A stretch of 64,000 nucleotides of DNA, taken from assembly GCF_033153115.1 (NCBI RefSeq), contig NW_026889796.1:4774001-4838000 (forward strand), written 5' to 3'. Source of the DNA: Saccostrea echinata. Lineage: Eukaryota. The notes beneath the pieces were generated by a model. That model had not been told where the DNA came from and made no database searches. It worked only from the letters and a program-made list of their open reading frames with translations. A program made the translations under genes and the position numbers. Numbering within the stretch: the stretch's first letter is position 1; each line of letters opens with the position of its first letter. Of the stretch, positions 50,431-64,000 are shown piece by piece.

Positions 50431-53400
50431 TGATTAGGGATGACTATGTTATACAAATGATACAATTGATGTTTGAAAAGAAAAGGATCTTTCTTTCGGT
50501 TGTGTTATTTTATTCGATGTGCTAAAATTACCTAATCATAAAAACATTATCCGAATAAATTCTGAATGAATTATTGTGTTAGAGACGTAAATTGCTTTTC
50601 CATGTCGAACGATTAGGCGAAAATGAAAAACGATTGCACTGGTGATGGATTTTAGTGTTTTGAACCCCTTACACTTAGTATTGGTATAACTGGTATTAAA
50701 TTTTCTCCAATGTATTTGTTTTGACTCAGAAATCCTAAAAATGTCAAACTCAGAAGATTCAGTATAAATAAGCCCCCTTTGAATACTTCGTTGAAAGAAT
50801 TTTATTTTGAGCTCCTATTGTTTTTTGCATTAATTGTGTTTTGCTTTTATGAAAATGATTTGTCACTAATCTTTGTGTTGGCCAGAGCTTGCGGTTTTAT
50901 CATGCTTTTTTAGTATAACTATACTATATTCATCATATCTCTGGAAGATAGGACACAAGTTTTCGATTAGTTTAATCCTTGTAATTATTAGATCAATATT
51001 AATATTTTTTGTTATAGTGCAACTTATCGGAGTTACCATTGCAGTAAAAAAAAATATTTGCATAAACATCTTTAGCCTAGATGTTTTCGCTATAAGAACA
51101 TTTCTTGTCTATACGTATATTATCTTTAATTAGTGACTAATGTTGAATGATAATAAATCGTTCTTTGATTCTGTGTAATTTTTTTAATGATAAAATTAGT
51201 GATTTCCGAGTATTTTAATAATATCTTCACTATATTTCTTTTCTTGCTGTTCCCTTTTTTCTGTCAATGTTTTTTTTTTCATTGCATTATGAAGCTGACA
51301 AAATTCAAGGGAATTCGGTGAACGAAAGACTTAAAATATTAGCTGTTCGTGTAGTCATCCGAATTTAATTAACGCATGGTGATTTCCTTTGTTTACGAAT
51401 CAGTTCTGTCAATTTATATCAGTCGTTCTACTTTTTTTATATAAAAAATTAATGTTTATAATTAAAAAGTTTTTTTTACCCAAAGAATAATCATAATAAA
51501 AAATAATGAAAATAAAAATCAATAATCCAATAGTGTAGCACTAGAATTTGAATCGGATTTAAAATAAGAAAAAAATAATAACGGATCAGAAAGTTATTAG
51601 TAACACATTTGACATAAATTTTTAATTTAATAAATTCTTTATCTCATCATAAAATATGAAAAGTTTTTAAGGTGTGTGTTTATCTTCTATTTCCCAGACG
51701 AGTCTCATTTAATTTTCTAAGCGAGGCATAAAGGTGTTTTCAAAAGGACATTTTTCGTGCCTGACTCCTAATTAATGTTCATGTGCGACAAATTAGCGTA
51801 CTGAACATATCACCCAGGCAAAACAAACATTATTATGTAGTGTAGAATTACTTATCTACACCAGCAGGTTGATTTTGTATTAATATTTTGATGTCACTAT
51901 ATAAATGACATTTAGAAACTTACATTCTGTTGATACATTGGACATTTGTGTCTTAAAATATGACTAAATACATGTATATAACCATATGTAAACACATCTC
52001 CCTGACGAAAGCCCCTCCTACCCTTCGTCTTCATACACTGGTCATACCAGGGTTACTAACTTCAAGTATCATATCCTTTAAACTTGTTATGTAGAAATGT
52101 CCTTACATTTTTGGGGAAAGAAAAATTTAGAAACTGTAAGTAAATTGATTATGAAAAGAATTGAAAACAACTGCAAAAATCACGTCTCGTGATTTAACGG
52201 GGCAGTGCACTTTTATCAAATTATGTGAACGCCAACATTAACCCATAATATGCTTGATGAAACGTAGCAAACCAGCGGTATTCCTGACACCTGTCTACAA
52301 ATTAAAAAAAAGAGAATTTCAGACGGTACGACCTCAGTAAAAGGCAATCCGGAGCTCGAAGGGGATGGAAGAAGATCATTGACGAAAACTTGGTAGTGAC
52401 CGTTAAAAACGTGGTTGAGAGTGACCAAAATCACACAATTCTTCAGAAATATCGGCAGTTTTGGGGTTTAAAACAAACTATAATATACTCTACTAGTTTA
52501 ATAGTGTTTAAGTTGGACCAGAAACAGTATATGGATGTTTATGCTGAGTGGATAACGTAACCAAAACTGTACGAAACAATGAGGGAAAATGTTGAGGAAA
52601 TGAAAGCTAACATTTTTTAAAATACCCGTGAGATCGAAAATTTTACTGCACCGTGACTTAATATGTTCTGTTAAATATCCCAAAATTGATATCGCTTTAC
52701 AAAATTTTAACATGAAAGTATAGATTCTTTTATATAATGTGTGACTTTTGCTTGATTATGTCGTCAAATGTTTTTTTCTGTGCAAGGATTTCGCGTAATT
52801 TTTTAACGACCCTCGTACATTTGGGAGAAGAGGAATGGGGTATAGACTGCAAGCACCTGTAATTATAACCGATTTAAGAATTTGGACTGTATTTAGTAAA
52901 AAATGTAAAAGTATCAAATAAATATAATGACTCTTCATTTTGTTTTATGAATTAGAGAAAAGAAACAAAAGAAGCATTTCGGAGGACTATTTGATATGAA
53001 TTGGTTGACCACGAGATTTCAAAAGGTTAACCAAGAGGGTTTTTTTTCCAAAAGTGATATTTTATTGAAATGAATCATTTAATTTTGCACTGAAACCAAT
53101 ATTCAGCAATATATTTCTATTTAACTAAATCTCAACGATGAAAATATGTCTCTCTTACTTAACATGTATATGTGAGAGAATCATTTTAAATACACTTCAA
53201 GTTGCATAGATTATATACTTAGAAATGTTTGTGATACTAACGACCCTCTTAAAAATATCTAATGAAAATTTCCAATAAATTTGTCTTCTGAAACAGCATC
53301 TATTGTTAAATATCATTTGAATAATTATCCTTAGCATGGCAATCAGTATATGTCAAAATAAGAATTTATGGCATATAAAATGATAATGAGAGTGTTAATT

Positions 53401-53486
53401 TTAATGATCATGCATTGCAATGAAATATTGACAACTTTCCTGGTAAAAATCCCAAATATTTAGAGCTATTGTTGAAAATTATTTAT

Positions 53487-54839
53487 CATGAATTACCATA
53501 TTTATATTGGATTCCGAAACTTCAGAAAAATCCTTACAAAGATACTAGTACATAGCGGGTTCCGGTAAATGTTCTACCAAGCCTCTTTCTTTACTTCTCA
53601 CTAAAATATTAACAGCAGTAAAGGAGAAACTTCAGGAGTACTGTGAAACAATATATTCAGTTGTGCAAATCAGATGTGGATACTTAAATTCCAAGGAACT
53701 TTTGGAAAATTTGAAATCACAAAATTTCACCAAAACTTACGACTTTTCAACTCTCTATACAACCATTCCCCACGACAAATTAAAGTCCAGGCTTTTTGAC
53801 TACATTGACAACTTCTCAATAAAAATGGAACTCGTAAATTTACTTACCTTGTCATGGTCATTTGCAAAATTATTTTGTTAAAAAAACATTCTGATTGTAC
53901 ACACAAAAACTCTGAAGTTGATATTAAAAAGATGCTCGAGTTTCTGATTGACAATATCTATGTGGTTTTTTGAAACCAGGTCTTCCAACAATCTATTGGA
54001 ATTCCCATGGATACCAATTGCGCCCCGTCGTTAGCAGACCTAATTTGTGTATTCATATGAAGCAGAATTTATTCAAAATCTTATACATGAGAAAAGGAAG
54101 TCTATTGCTGCGGCCTTCAACTCGAATTAAGATATATCGAAGACGTATTATCAATTAACAACAGTTATTTCCATTCATATGTCGACACGATATATCCCAC
54201 TGAAATTGAAATAAAAGATGCCACAGAGTCTGACACATGTGTTTTATATTCGGATATTTTACTAGAAAAAGACATTAATGGTAATCTAAGGACCAAGCTT
54301 TACTATAAACGTGATGACTTTAACTTTTCAATCGTCAACTTTCCTTACTTATGCAGCAATATACATGTACTCTTATCACCTGCATATGGGGTGTATATCT
54401 CTCAGTTGATTCGATACGCAATAGCATGCTCTAAGTATGAACAATTTCTAAAACGAGACAAGTTATTGACTAACAAGTTGATGAAACAAGAATAACGACA
54501 GTTTCGTTGAAAGTCATCAATTCGTAAGTTCTATGGTCGATACAATGATCTTGTAAGCAAATACAATCTATCATTAAGTCATAATATGCTGACTGACGTT
54601 TTTCATATTAATTGTTAGGCCATTATTTACACACTGATTTGTTGACGGATTTTCCCGTTATTTACCGACCATGACAAGGAGCACACGGCGGGTGTGACTG
54701 GTCAGCAGGGGATGCTCTCTGCATGGCATGGCGCCTGATCCTAACTCTGATTTTAGAGGTCCGTGTTTGCTCTGCTCCCATTTTGTATTGTTTTAATGGA
54801 CTTTGAGCTTGAATACTGTTCGTTATCTCCATATTTCAT
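53487..54839 (+). mobile_element. Longest Penelope-like (Naiad-type) RT fragment, frameshifted
   Basis: ELPYLYWIPKLQKNPY, YDFSTLYTTIPHDKLK, long spacer, QQSIGIPMDTNCAP, RYIEDVLSINN, thumb, stop, then conserved 3' block; no C-terminal GIY-YIG. Confidence 0.88.
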
Positions 54840-54994
54840 TATCACTTTTTTCAAATGCTGGAAAAACACTTTATTGTGTGAAAAATATGATTTTCTGTCA
54901 TTATTATACATTAAAAATGTATTGTAACCGTTTAAAATAACAGAAATAATCAATAAATAGATATTTTCATTATGACCGATAGATATATCAGTAT

Positions 54995-55292
54995 ATCGAT
55001 TGATTGTGTGTTGCTTGACGTCCAATTCGAGAAAATTTTCACTCATTTTTTAGATTTCACCTGCTCTAGTTGATGAGACACAAAGACAAAATTTGATCCA
55101 CCTGTATGCATACATGTATGACGCTTACATGTACGGCCGTAGCTGTGAGGGTTCTTTATCGTGCCAGTGCCTAACTTGCCAAGTGAAATTTCTTTTGGTC
55201 TTATCCAAAACCCCGTGAATTTCCCTTCTAATGTCGGGCGCTTGGAGAAGGAACAGTCCCTTTCTATGTTAAATGTCTTAGGGTTGACGCCT
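54995..55292 (-). mobile_element. Degraded SINE (family of 22705-23055)
   Basis: gagaaaattttcactcat, gtgagggttctttatcgtgcca and ttctaatgtcgggcgcttggagaagga are reverse complements of the SINE body; (attg)n tail. Confidence 0.75.
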
Positions 55293-57177
55293 ACCTGATA
55301 GGTTTTAAAAGAAATCTGGTTGACAGTCAAGTAAGATGTATTTTTTTTTAAAATGAATATAAGAATACCCACATTCAATGTCAAAATTTTGTCAAAAGTG
55401 CTTTAATCAAATAATTGCCTTTCAGTTTGCAAGTCGTGAAATTCACCCATATTGAATCCAATGTGCCTAAATTAAGTAGAAACAATAGAAAATAAATACA
55501 AATCGCTCGACATTAGACAGTAAGAGTCACGAATCTTTTGGTTAAAACCTCAAAAACTTTTGTTGGATTAAAAAACCAGGAAAACCCTTTGTTTACATGT
55601 ATATGTAAGGGAAAAGATTCTCTCTAGGACGTGTGTCTGCTTATGATGATTCAATCAAACACTGTGATTGCTTTTGTGATCGGTTTCGACCGATCTTTCT
55701 ATTTATAGTATAGTGGACTTTCAGCATATTGAAGTTTATAAAGAAATTTCAAATCTCACTGATTTCAGTTTAGATGTATTTTGAATTTTACCGTAACGAT
55801 GATTAAAAAAAGGTGCTTCACATATCACATAGCCATAACATTAATTAATTGAAATCACAATTTCTAGAGTCTACCTACGATGACCATGTTGACGATATCT
55901 CTAATTATAGAATGTGTGGATTGATTTTGCACACACAATTCTTTTGGAGTTATGTACAAGGTCGTTTGAACTATTTTCTTTGGCTTAACTTTGCTATGAA
56001 TATACTAATCCTGTTAATAAGAAAAAAAAATCGTTTTTAAAATTGACTAGGTCTGGAACTCAGCAGAATACATGCATGAGTACTAAAGTTTTATTTTATT
56101 TGTAACTTTAATTAAGAACTCTTTAAAAAGTTTGATAGACAAGTTAATTTATTTGCAGATGTATTGTGATCGGTTTCTTTACAAAGGTTTAGTCCATTTG
56201 ATTTCATGTCTCTCATTCTACAAAAGGAGATGTCTACAATGTTATTTCAAGACATTTCCTAATGCTGAATTTATTACCCAATGCCGATCATTCCTTTAAA
56301 AGGAATACTTGTTGTTAAATCTCATGATATTAATGATAAACCTTATATACTAGCTTCAGTCTGACCAGGAAAAATGACAACATGAGAAAAATTGTCTCAA
56401 AGCCAATTCCAAAGCCAGTTTAAAAAATGATGTACCACATTATCGTGAATCTTCAATAATTTTGTATGAAGTTTAATACGGATTACTCAGTATTTAACAT
56501 TATTTAACATAATAAACATGTGATGATTAATACACTGTATCTATAATCTGGCATGTAGAAATCTACATGGTGGCACAATATCCAAATATGGTAAAATGTA
56601 CTCAGATCGGAAACATTTCTCCCAGAAGGCAGTAAAACATCATTCCTGATTTTTCGAAGTCCATTAGGTTAAATTCAGAAATTCCATTTGATACATGCAT
56701 TTTAAATGCTCTGAAATGGCACATGTACATGTATACAACAATGAGACTGTGATGACTAGTATACTGGGTGTAGAATTATAATATTCCATAATAAGCCATT
56801 TATTATGATTATTACTATTGTGGAAATTACAAAATTTAACACTTCATATGTTTTATATACATTTATCATATGAAAGTGATGATAAAGAAAAAAAATGTGC
56901 AAATATACAATGCGTGTGCAAAAAGTGTGGTATTATTAAGTGGGTGTAAAGAGAACTGTCTTGAGAAGATCAATTTTTAAATATCAATCAACTATACCTT
57001 TTGCTTGTACCCAACGAAAACAATGTAAAATTACGGACTATGTAATTTTATAAAGTGTTTTTTTAATATTCTATATTTCCTTTTTGGTATTTACTGATAA
57101 AGGTCTTCGGTGAGATAAATTTGTTACATGCTGTCATATGCTATGAATTCAGGATTTAGGGGGAGAAAGATATTTGG

Positions 57178-57250
57178 TGAGAAAAGAAAAACCTGCATGT
57201 ATCGGACTTCGCCTTAGTAAGCTTCTATTAATGCAGGTTTTCTTTTCTCA
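57178..57250. repeat. Inverted repeat / hairpin
   Basis: tgagaaaagaaaaacctgcat ... atgcaggttttcttttctca (20-bp stem, one bulge). Confidence 0.7.
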
Positions 57251-59310
57251 CGCATTTCCGTTATTTGGTAGTTATTTACTTATCACGTGACTTTGCGGTG
57301 GCGATATGTTCCTTTGACAAGCTTTCTAACCTATTCCCAGAATTTTTTCGATGTTTTACAGTGATTTACAAATAGGTACTTTCTCTCAAGATTGTAATAT
57401 TTAGTGCTAGGGAACAGGAATGCAAATATCCTAGCATTATTTTACAGGTAAACAGCTATAAATAAGCAGATCTAATGATTCAGTTCAAGAAATTTATCAA
57501 AAACGTAATTCAGATACATGTAATAAAAAATGTCATTTACAGAGTTCCAAAAGATACATATAATTATATGCATTTGTAAAACTCCAAAATAAAGAACTAT
57601 ATACATTAAGAACGATAATTAAAGAACATAAAATTGATAGAACTGACCATTTTCGCAATAATCAAATATCATGGCTGATATCTAAGTCTTGTGATGAAGT
57701 TGATTTTGTTACAGAAATGGCCATTATCGAATTATCGAGAAGCCGTCAAGAGAGATGAAAAGATTTTTAATTTTATAAATGAAAATAGATTGTTCGTGAG
57801 AGTACATCCTTGGAAAGGCAGTTCACCAATTAAGAACATAGTTCAAAGAAAAATAAACAATGAAAAACCTTGTTTTACAATCAGTAAGTTGCATTAATCG
57901 AGTAAAGTAATATGAAATACGGCTTTCTTTTCTAGGTTAATGCTGATTTGTAATGCAAAGCAGGAAAGGGCACCAAAAACCGCGGGGAAGTTGTGCACAA
58001 AATTGATTATCAAGAAAATAAAGATAAGGAATAAGTTAAAATCTTTTAGATTTTTAAGTGTTGTGAACATTACAATAAATTCATGTGGTTAATCAGTAGG
58101 TCATATAAAGCCCTTTAATTGTCTACAACAGTTGTTAGAAGATAGAGCAACAAAAATTCAATAAAAATAATTCCTTCTTATGTTAAATCGTTATCTCATT
58201 TATGCCACTAACAGCTAGAGACCATTATTGTATTGATATGATTTTATGACGTTTAGTATGAATAAAAGACACATTTTCTGGGCATGAAAAAGCTAGTTAC
58301 ACCATAGAACCATGAAAATTGCAGGATAAAATTATTCAACTTACTTGTAATGTGTTAAGGTAATTTGAACACCTTTTTCACACATTGCATTTTTTTCTTA
58401 TACATGTATAATATTTTGCATTTTATATCCAATGTTTCACTTAATTTTTCATATATATTTTGAAGTATAATAAACGTTTCAAAATGTTGACTTTTTTAAT
58501 TCTCTCTTTTTTAAAAAACTTTTTCTTTGTGTATTTATAGATGTACCGACCACCATTATTAGCAAACAATAATCAAGACTTCATCCAGCAGAAAAAAAAT
58601 CTAGATATATGTCTAATTCAAAATGAAAATAAATATATTAACTTTGAAGTTAAATGAATATTTACAATATATATATTAGGGTTGTCATTAAACCGACCCT
58701 TTTAAAGTTATGTTGGACTTGAAATTTGGCGATACGGAATATATAAGCTTCTTGAATAGAAAAAAAATGTTAATCTTAAATTGAAAAATCATTGCTATTT
58801 CACCAGATATTTATCATCTTTATGTGAACATTTATCACTTGCAATCACATTTTTCACATTTTTTAGATTTGGAACAACCATTCACATTTTACCTGCGCAC
58901 AAAACATGTTCATTTCACCACTCTTTAGGGATAACACTAGATCTTGTCGCCATTCTGTCGGTGTATTGGCATTCAATGAGCTAAGTCTATGCTGATTAAA
59001 GATCTTTTTTTCAGATATTCAGTTTTATCCTTTTATTTGGTGTTTTCAAAACGTTCACAGGATGCAGCTACAGAATTCTCATTGTTTTTTCAGAAGAAAT
59101 TTATAATCACTAAAATCTATTTTGGCGGGGCATTAAACTCACACAAGAGCACTCTTTTTTTAAGCGAAACAATATAGTTATTAATTGATAAGGAACATGC
59201 AATTTGTTGCAAACGGATCAATTTTCAAGACTTCACGTTTTCAAGCCTGCATAGAGATTATCAGGAATAGGTAAAAGCAAAGCTCCTTGTCTCACAAGTT
59301 AAAATAATTA

Positions 59311-59343
<33 letters not shown>

Positions 59344-59998
59344 GATGTTATGCGAAGCCAGTAAGTTTTTAATAGGATAGTTCAAGTTAGATGAACATAT
59401 TTGTTAAAGATTTCTCCAAAGTCGTGTTATATCGAGGTCTAAGGATGTTTATGATAAACAAAACCCATCTAAAGGTTATTTTAATTAAATAATAAGTTAC
59501 TTAAGTAACTATTGAAATTATTTTAAAAAAAATGCAAGACTCATGTCTTTTCTGAGTATCAATTTAAATTTATCTTATTCAGATTATTCTCCTTCTATTC
59601 AAAATGCTACACCTTTGTAGCTTGAATGAATCTCAGATAATTAAAGTTTTGAAGCTTTCTCCCCTTTAAATGATATATCATGCATCAAACTCGACAAAAC
59701 AAGTGTATATTTGTCTAAACTAAAACTATAGAGTTATATAAAATGATGTACTAAAGTATAGATCTAGTAATTTTCGTTTATCATTAAAGCAACTTATCGA
59801 AAGACTATTATTATAACCGGTTCTAACCATCGATAAATCACAATAGAAGAAATGTCCTTTTTTTATGATCAAAGCTTAAATGAACGGTTTTATGTTCTGA
59901 CTGCAAAATAACATTTATTCGCCCTTAAGATACTATTATTTATTGGAAATATCTGATAATGAATGTTCTGAACTATATCAAGTACACTTTACATTTAA

Positions 59999-60479
59999 GG
60001 TCAAGATCTAGTAAATGACTTTAGACTGTCTTTTTGGTGCTAGATCCATTATGACGTCATAATTGTTTTAAGCTTAATTTTTCCCGTACTTTACGGCTGT
60101 AAAAGAATTGTGTAGCAAATGAAGGATTTTCAATGTATTCAATTTGAAATCATGTCAAAAGTAACCCCGATATCTATATTCAATTTAATATCATTTTAAA
60201 ATAGAGGTTAAGAAGAAATGAAAAACCGTTTTCTGAGAAACTGTAGGCAATATTGATACATTTCTTTTATCTGAGATGTAAAAAAACTCCTAAATTTATA
60301 CCTGACTTTCTTCTTTTTTCATTAAAAATTACAGTTTAAAATATGTTTTTTAGTTTATCAAAAAATTATGTCCCGAAACACCCTATTTTTGCAAGCCATA
60401 TTTGAAAAGGATCATTAAAAGAACTCGTGTCTCAAATTTGAAAAATTTGTAGGCATCTTTCATTTACTAGATCTTGACC
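59999..60479. mobile_element. Non-autonomous Kolobok-like MITE
   Basis: Perfect 20-bp TIRs ggtcaagatctagtaaatga / tcatttactagatcttgacc, TTAA TSD, GG termini. Confidence 0.85.
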
Positions 60480-63400
60480 TTAAGTAACAATTACAAAAGC
60501 ATCGAAGAAAAAATGGTAATTGTCTCGCCTACATTGAACGTACTTTAAAAATCCCGTGAACGCTTTGATATAATAAATGCATGCTAAAAATAGTTTGGTT
60601 TGTGCATATTTTTCAAATGTTTTCCTATTTTAATTCGGCTATTAACAATTTCTTTTGATATCAAAATAGTTATCAAAAAGGTTCTCCATTGGTTCATAAA
60701 AACAAACTTAATTTTCCAGATACATGTACGTCAAAGTATCCTATAGGGAAATTGAAGTGTTTTATTTATTCTTTTAAAGAGAACTACTATATAATGTGTG
60801 CATTTGATGACAGTTTTTTCCTTCTTTTGGGTGAGTTTTATATGATTTTATACACATTAATCTTGGTTTGTTGACCTCTTGAATAAAAAAGTACCATGTG
60901 TGTGCCACAATTATTGAAACAACAGCTACAAGATTCCAAAAAAAGGTTTATTTTTCTTTAAGAACGATTTCATCTCGAAGTAGCAAGCTTTCTCGAGAGC
61001 AAGCTTTCTTCAGTTTTCAGTTTAGCTGTAAATCTTCAATGAGCCGAATTTTACCAATGCATGAATATTTGAATAGAAATGCTTCTTCACAAAAGTTCTT
61101 TCTCGCTTGAACTGGTTGCCATATTGACGAGAATCAACTTATCGGTTTCCATTGAATGTTTCGTCAATTGCAGACTCCTTTTTAACATCTTATAACTAGA
61201 ACATCGTTTTGGTTTCAGCTGGGATTTGAGGACCAGTTCCTTATTAAACATCTTTTGATTTTCCACGAGTAAATCCGACAGATAGAATTATATTGAGACT
61301 CGTTCGTGAAAAGACGTGAAAAGGGGCTTCGTACCCTTTATTCATCGCTTCAATCATCTTTCCTTAGGAACAATGAATAAATAGCCCCAGTAATCCTGGT
61401 TTCAAAATAGCCAATCCTATTCAATCAATGGCCTGCTCAACGCTATTCTGTTACTGACTTTAAGGAAATGCTTAATTCACAATTATCTAACATACCCATT
61501 ATTTTCATACGGTGATGGAGATGAAGTTGTTTGGCTTAAAAATTAATTCCAGTTTACAATGTGTCTTTTTAATGCATCAAGGTTGTATTTGCAATCAATC
61601 AAATATTTTGTCTAATTACTTCATTTCCGCATCCCAATTATCAGAAAAATGTTGGTGGGAAAATGTCGAAAAGAGTCTTAATACTTCCTAATACCTCTTT
61701 GATTTATTTCAAAAGGAAATATATTCATCAATATCCCTATTACACACATTACTGGAATATTTTCCTGCGCGAAACTTCCCTATAATGTAACAAGGTCGGA
61801 AATTGAATTTCATTAAGAAAGAATAAAAACCGCATATGAATGCCTTTTTAGTCCACCTATATCACGATCTCTGTGAAAACATTTTTTCTGGTGATTAGGG
61901 GACTTAATCCTGTTTCAAGAGGATGTTGACAATCCGCGCAATGATAACATTGTTGTTAGATACTCTCTGATGGAGCGGAAATGTTACACACACGGGCTTG
62001 CATCAGATTTCCCGGTATCAGAAAAGAAATGAGAGAGCGTTAAAGACATGACATCAGTTTACAATTAAGGAAGGACCAAAGCAAGTTGACATTATGATAT
62101 CTGAGAATATAAATTCTAACAATTTACCATTTACAGTTTATATGACTTCGTACACTTCCGTTAGGGATGTTATCAAGTTTGATATAAAATCCCTGTAAAT
62201 CAGAATTTATTTGGTTATTTGAGCAACGTATAATAATAGAGTGTTAAATGTAATTTATCATTGTCACTGTTTATGAAAATTTATATATATATTATGCATT
62301 GAGATTTTATTCCAACTTGATTACATTTAACAACAATTTTTTCTCTGTTCGAGCAAACAAAAAAAAAAATTGAAAATATAAAACTTTGAACAAGAAAAGT
62401 TATGAAGATTTAAATATAACTTTAAAGAAACTGAATCTTAAATTTAGATAAATTTTTCTATGGCACTTTATTCCTATAAGGAAAGACTAGTATGCTGGGA
62501 AAGTAGATATATTATTGATTTGATGTTTTTATTCATGTACGTATGCTGTTTATAACATTAAGAAAGAGTGTATAAGAAGCTACTTGTATTTTTCATCCAA
62601 TGTTGATATCAATCTTCAAATGTACTTACTAGATGCACTTTATTTACAGTTCGTTATCTGCTGCAATTTTATTTTGCATCCTTTAAATCAATGTTGATGA
62701 AGTTGAAATCAGGCATTTGTATTTCAGTGGCTTTTGATAGAAATAATGAAGGTAATTTAGTATTTTGCACAATTTTTGATGTAAAATGGTAAGTTAAAGG
62801 TTCAGCAACAGCTGCATGTGGAACAAGAGATAAAGTCTCAAAGACAACTATTATGTAATGAATAACGATATTTACAATCTGGGTTAAAGGCATCTTACTT
62901 GCTAAAGACTTAACTAATTCCTTAGCTTTATTATTTTTACTTGTTTTTTGTCAGTCCCTGGGATTAAATGAAAGTTCTCATTTACCGTTATGAGTTTGGT
63001 TTCTTTTCTTAATGAGGTTTGTTCAATTAACAGACTTTCTAGAAATTTCCATATCAGAATGTGAGGTAAGTGCATGGAGACTCTAAAGGCTGTATAATAA
63101 AGAAATTCGCATGTTAATATCTACAGGGGTCGAACAGGTCTTCATTGTTTCGATGCTGTTAAGATGTTCTGTGGGGAATCGAGGGAATTACTGCCTTATA
63201 TTTTCTTTATCTGGATTTGTGATCTTTCGCTTGAATTCATTTTTTCTCACAGCTTATAAAATATTATTATGTTTCTCTATCATATTTCTTGCACAGAAGT
63301 TTTATTTTGATAAAATATTCTATGGATATCTCTCTTCTTTTCAAATTTATTTTTCGATTTTGAAAAATCATAAAGTTACTCAATACTTTCCTTATAGTCA

Positions 63401-64000
63401 ACACAATATTGTAACTATCTAGAAATTTCTAGGTTTCGATATATGCTTAAAGTCTCACATTTGACATAATCTCCCTAGATTTCAAAGAATATGTAGTTGC
63501 ATTATATATTTTCTAAACATTTGTCTATGGGATTTACATGGGCTTTAGAAAATCTGTAATCAACTTGCCCTTATATTATTATGCTATTATTTGATATTCT
63601 AAAAACAAAATGGGCTTAGCGATCTGATATGCAATGTTGCACAGAATACTCATAGTTTCTGATCAAACAAATCAATGAGTAATTACATGTCCTGCTAAAA
63701 GAACAAAATCATGCAAAGGATTAGTAGCTCTCCGAGTGCAACACGGAAAAGAACCGTTGATACAATCAAAACCATTTGCATAAGCAAAGCCTATAATCTT
63801 GACAATGTTGAAAGAAGTTTTTATGATAAATGGGTGAATACTTATATCGACCTATTCGTAATAGTCCAGTTTAAGATAGTGTTTCTCTGTTACCTCCGCC
63901 AGATTTTTTTTCCTTTAGATCCTTGATGTCCCACCTGCTACAAACTATCAACACCAATACGTGAGAAACACAGAAGATAAGCAAACTAACTGTTTAACGT

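Noticed and set aside
53487-54620. Selenocysteine recoding as reported for some Naiad elements
   Set aside because: Cys positions that can be read are TGT/TGC, stops coincide with frameshift decay, and no clear SECIS was recognised.
62669-63926. Short ORFs near the window end
   Set aside because: No recognisable homology or consistent exon boundaries.
1-64000. CRISPR arrays, operons, rRNA or true tRNA genes
   Set aside because: Eukaryotic repeat-rich DNA with no regularly spaced repeat-spacer array; the tRNA-like segments are SINE heads attached to SINE bodies.

Overview
AT-rich eukaryotic (animal) genomic DNA with two assembly gaps (8910-9070, 15174-15308). The repeat families and receptor type suggest a bivalve mollusc such as an oyster; this is inference. 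Only two host genes are supportable, both rhodopsin-class GPCRs with single-exon CDSs: a divergent orphan 7TM receptor (7615-8712 +) and a myosuppressin/dmsr-like peptide receptor (37578-38771 -). The centre holds a full-length but disabled Ty3/Gypsy LTR retrotransposon (25571-31917). It has tiny ~104-bp LTRs without TG...CA ends, a CVDD reverse-transcriptase motif, and a primer-binding site that is complementary to the element's own LTR rather than to a tRNA, which points to Tf1-like self-priming. Its gag-pol is split by a 1029-bp EnSpm-like TIR element. The rest of the window is a mosaic of Penelope-like (probably Naiad-type) RT fragments, tRNA-derived SINEs, an RTE fragment, several MITEs, a Crypton-like hairpin element, a ~167-bp satellite array and a degenerate hammerhead ribozyme. 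Superfamily assignments rest on terminal and TSD patterns and on remembered motifs, not on database searches. Long stretches (e.g. 40-47 kb, 55-64 kb) remain largely unexplained.
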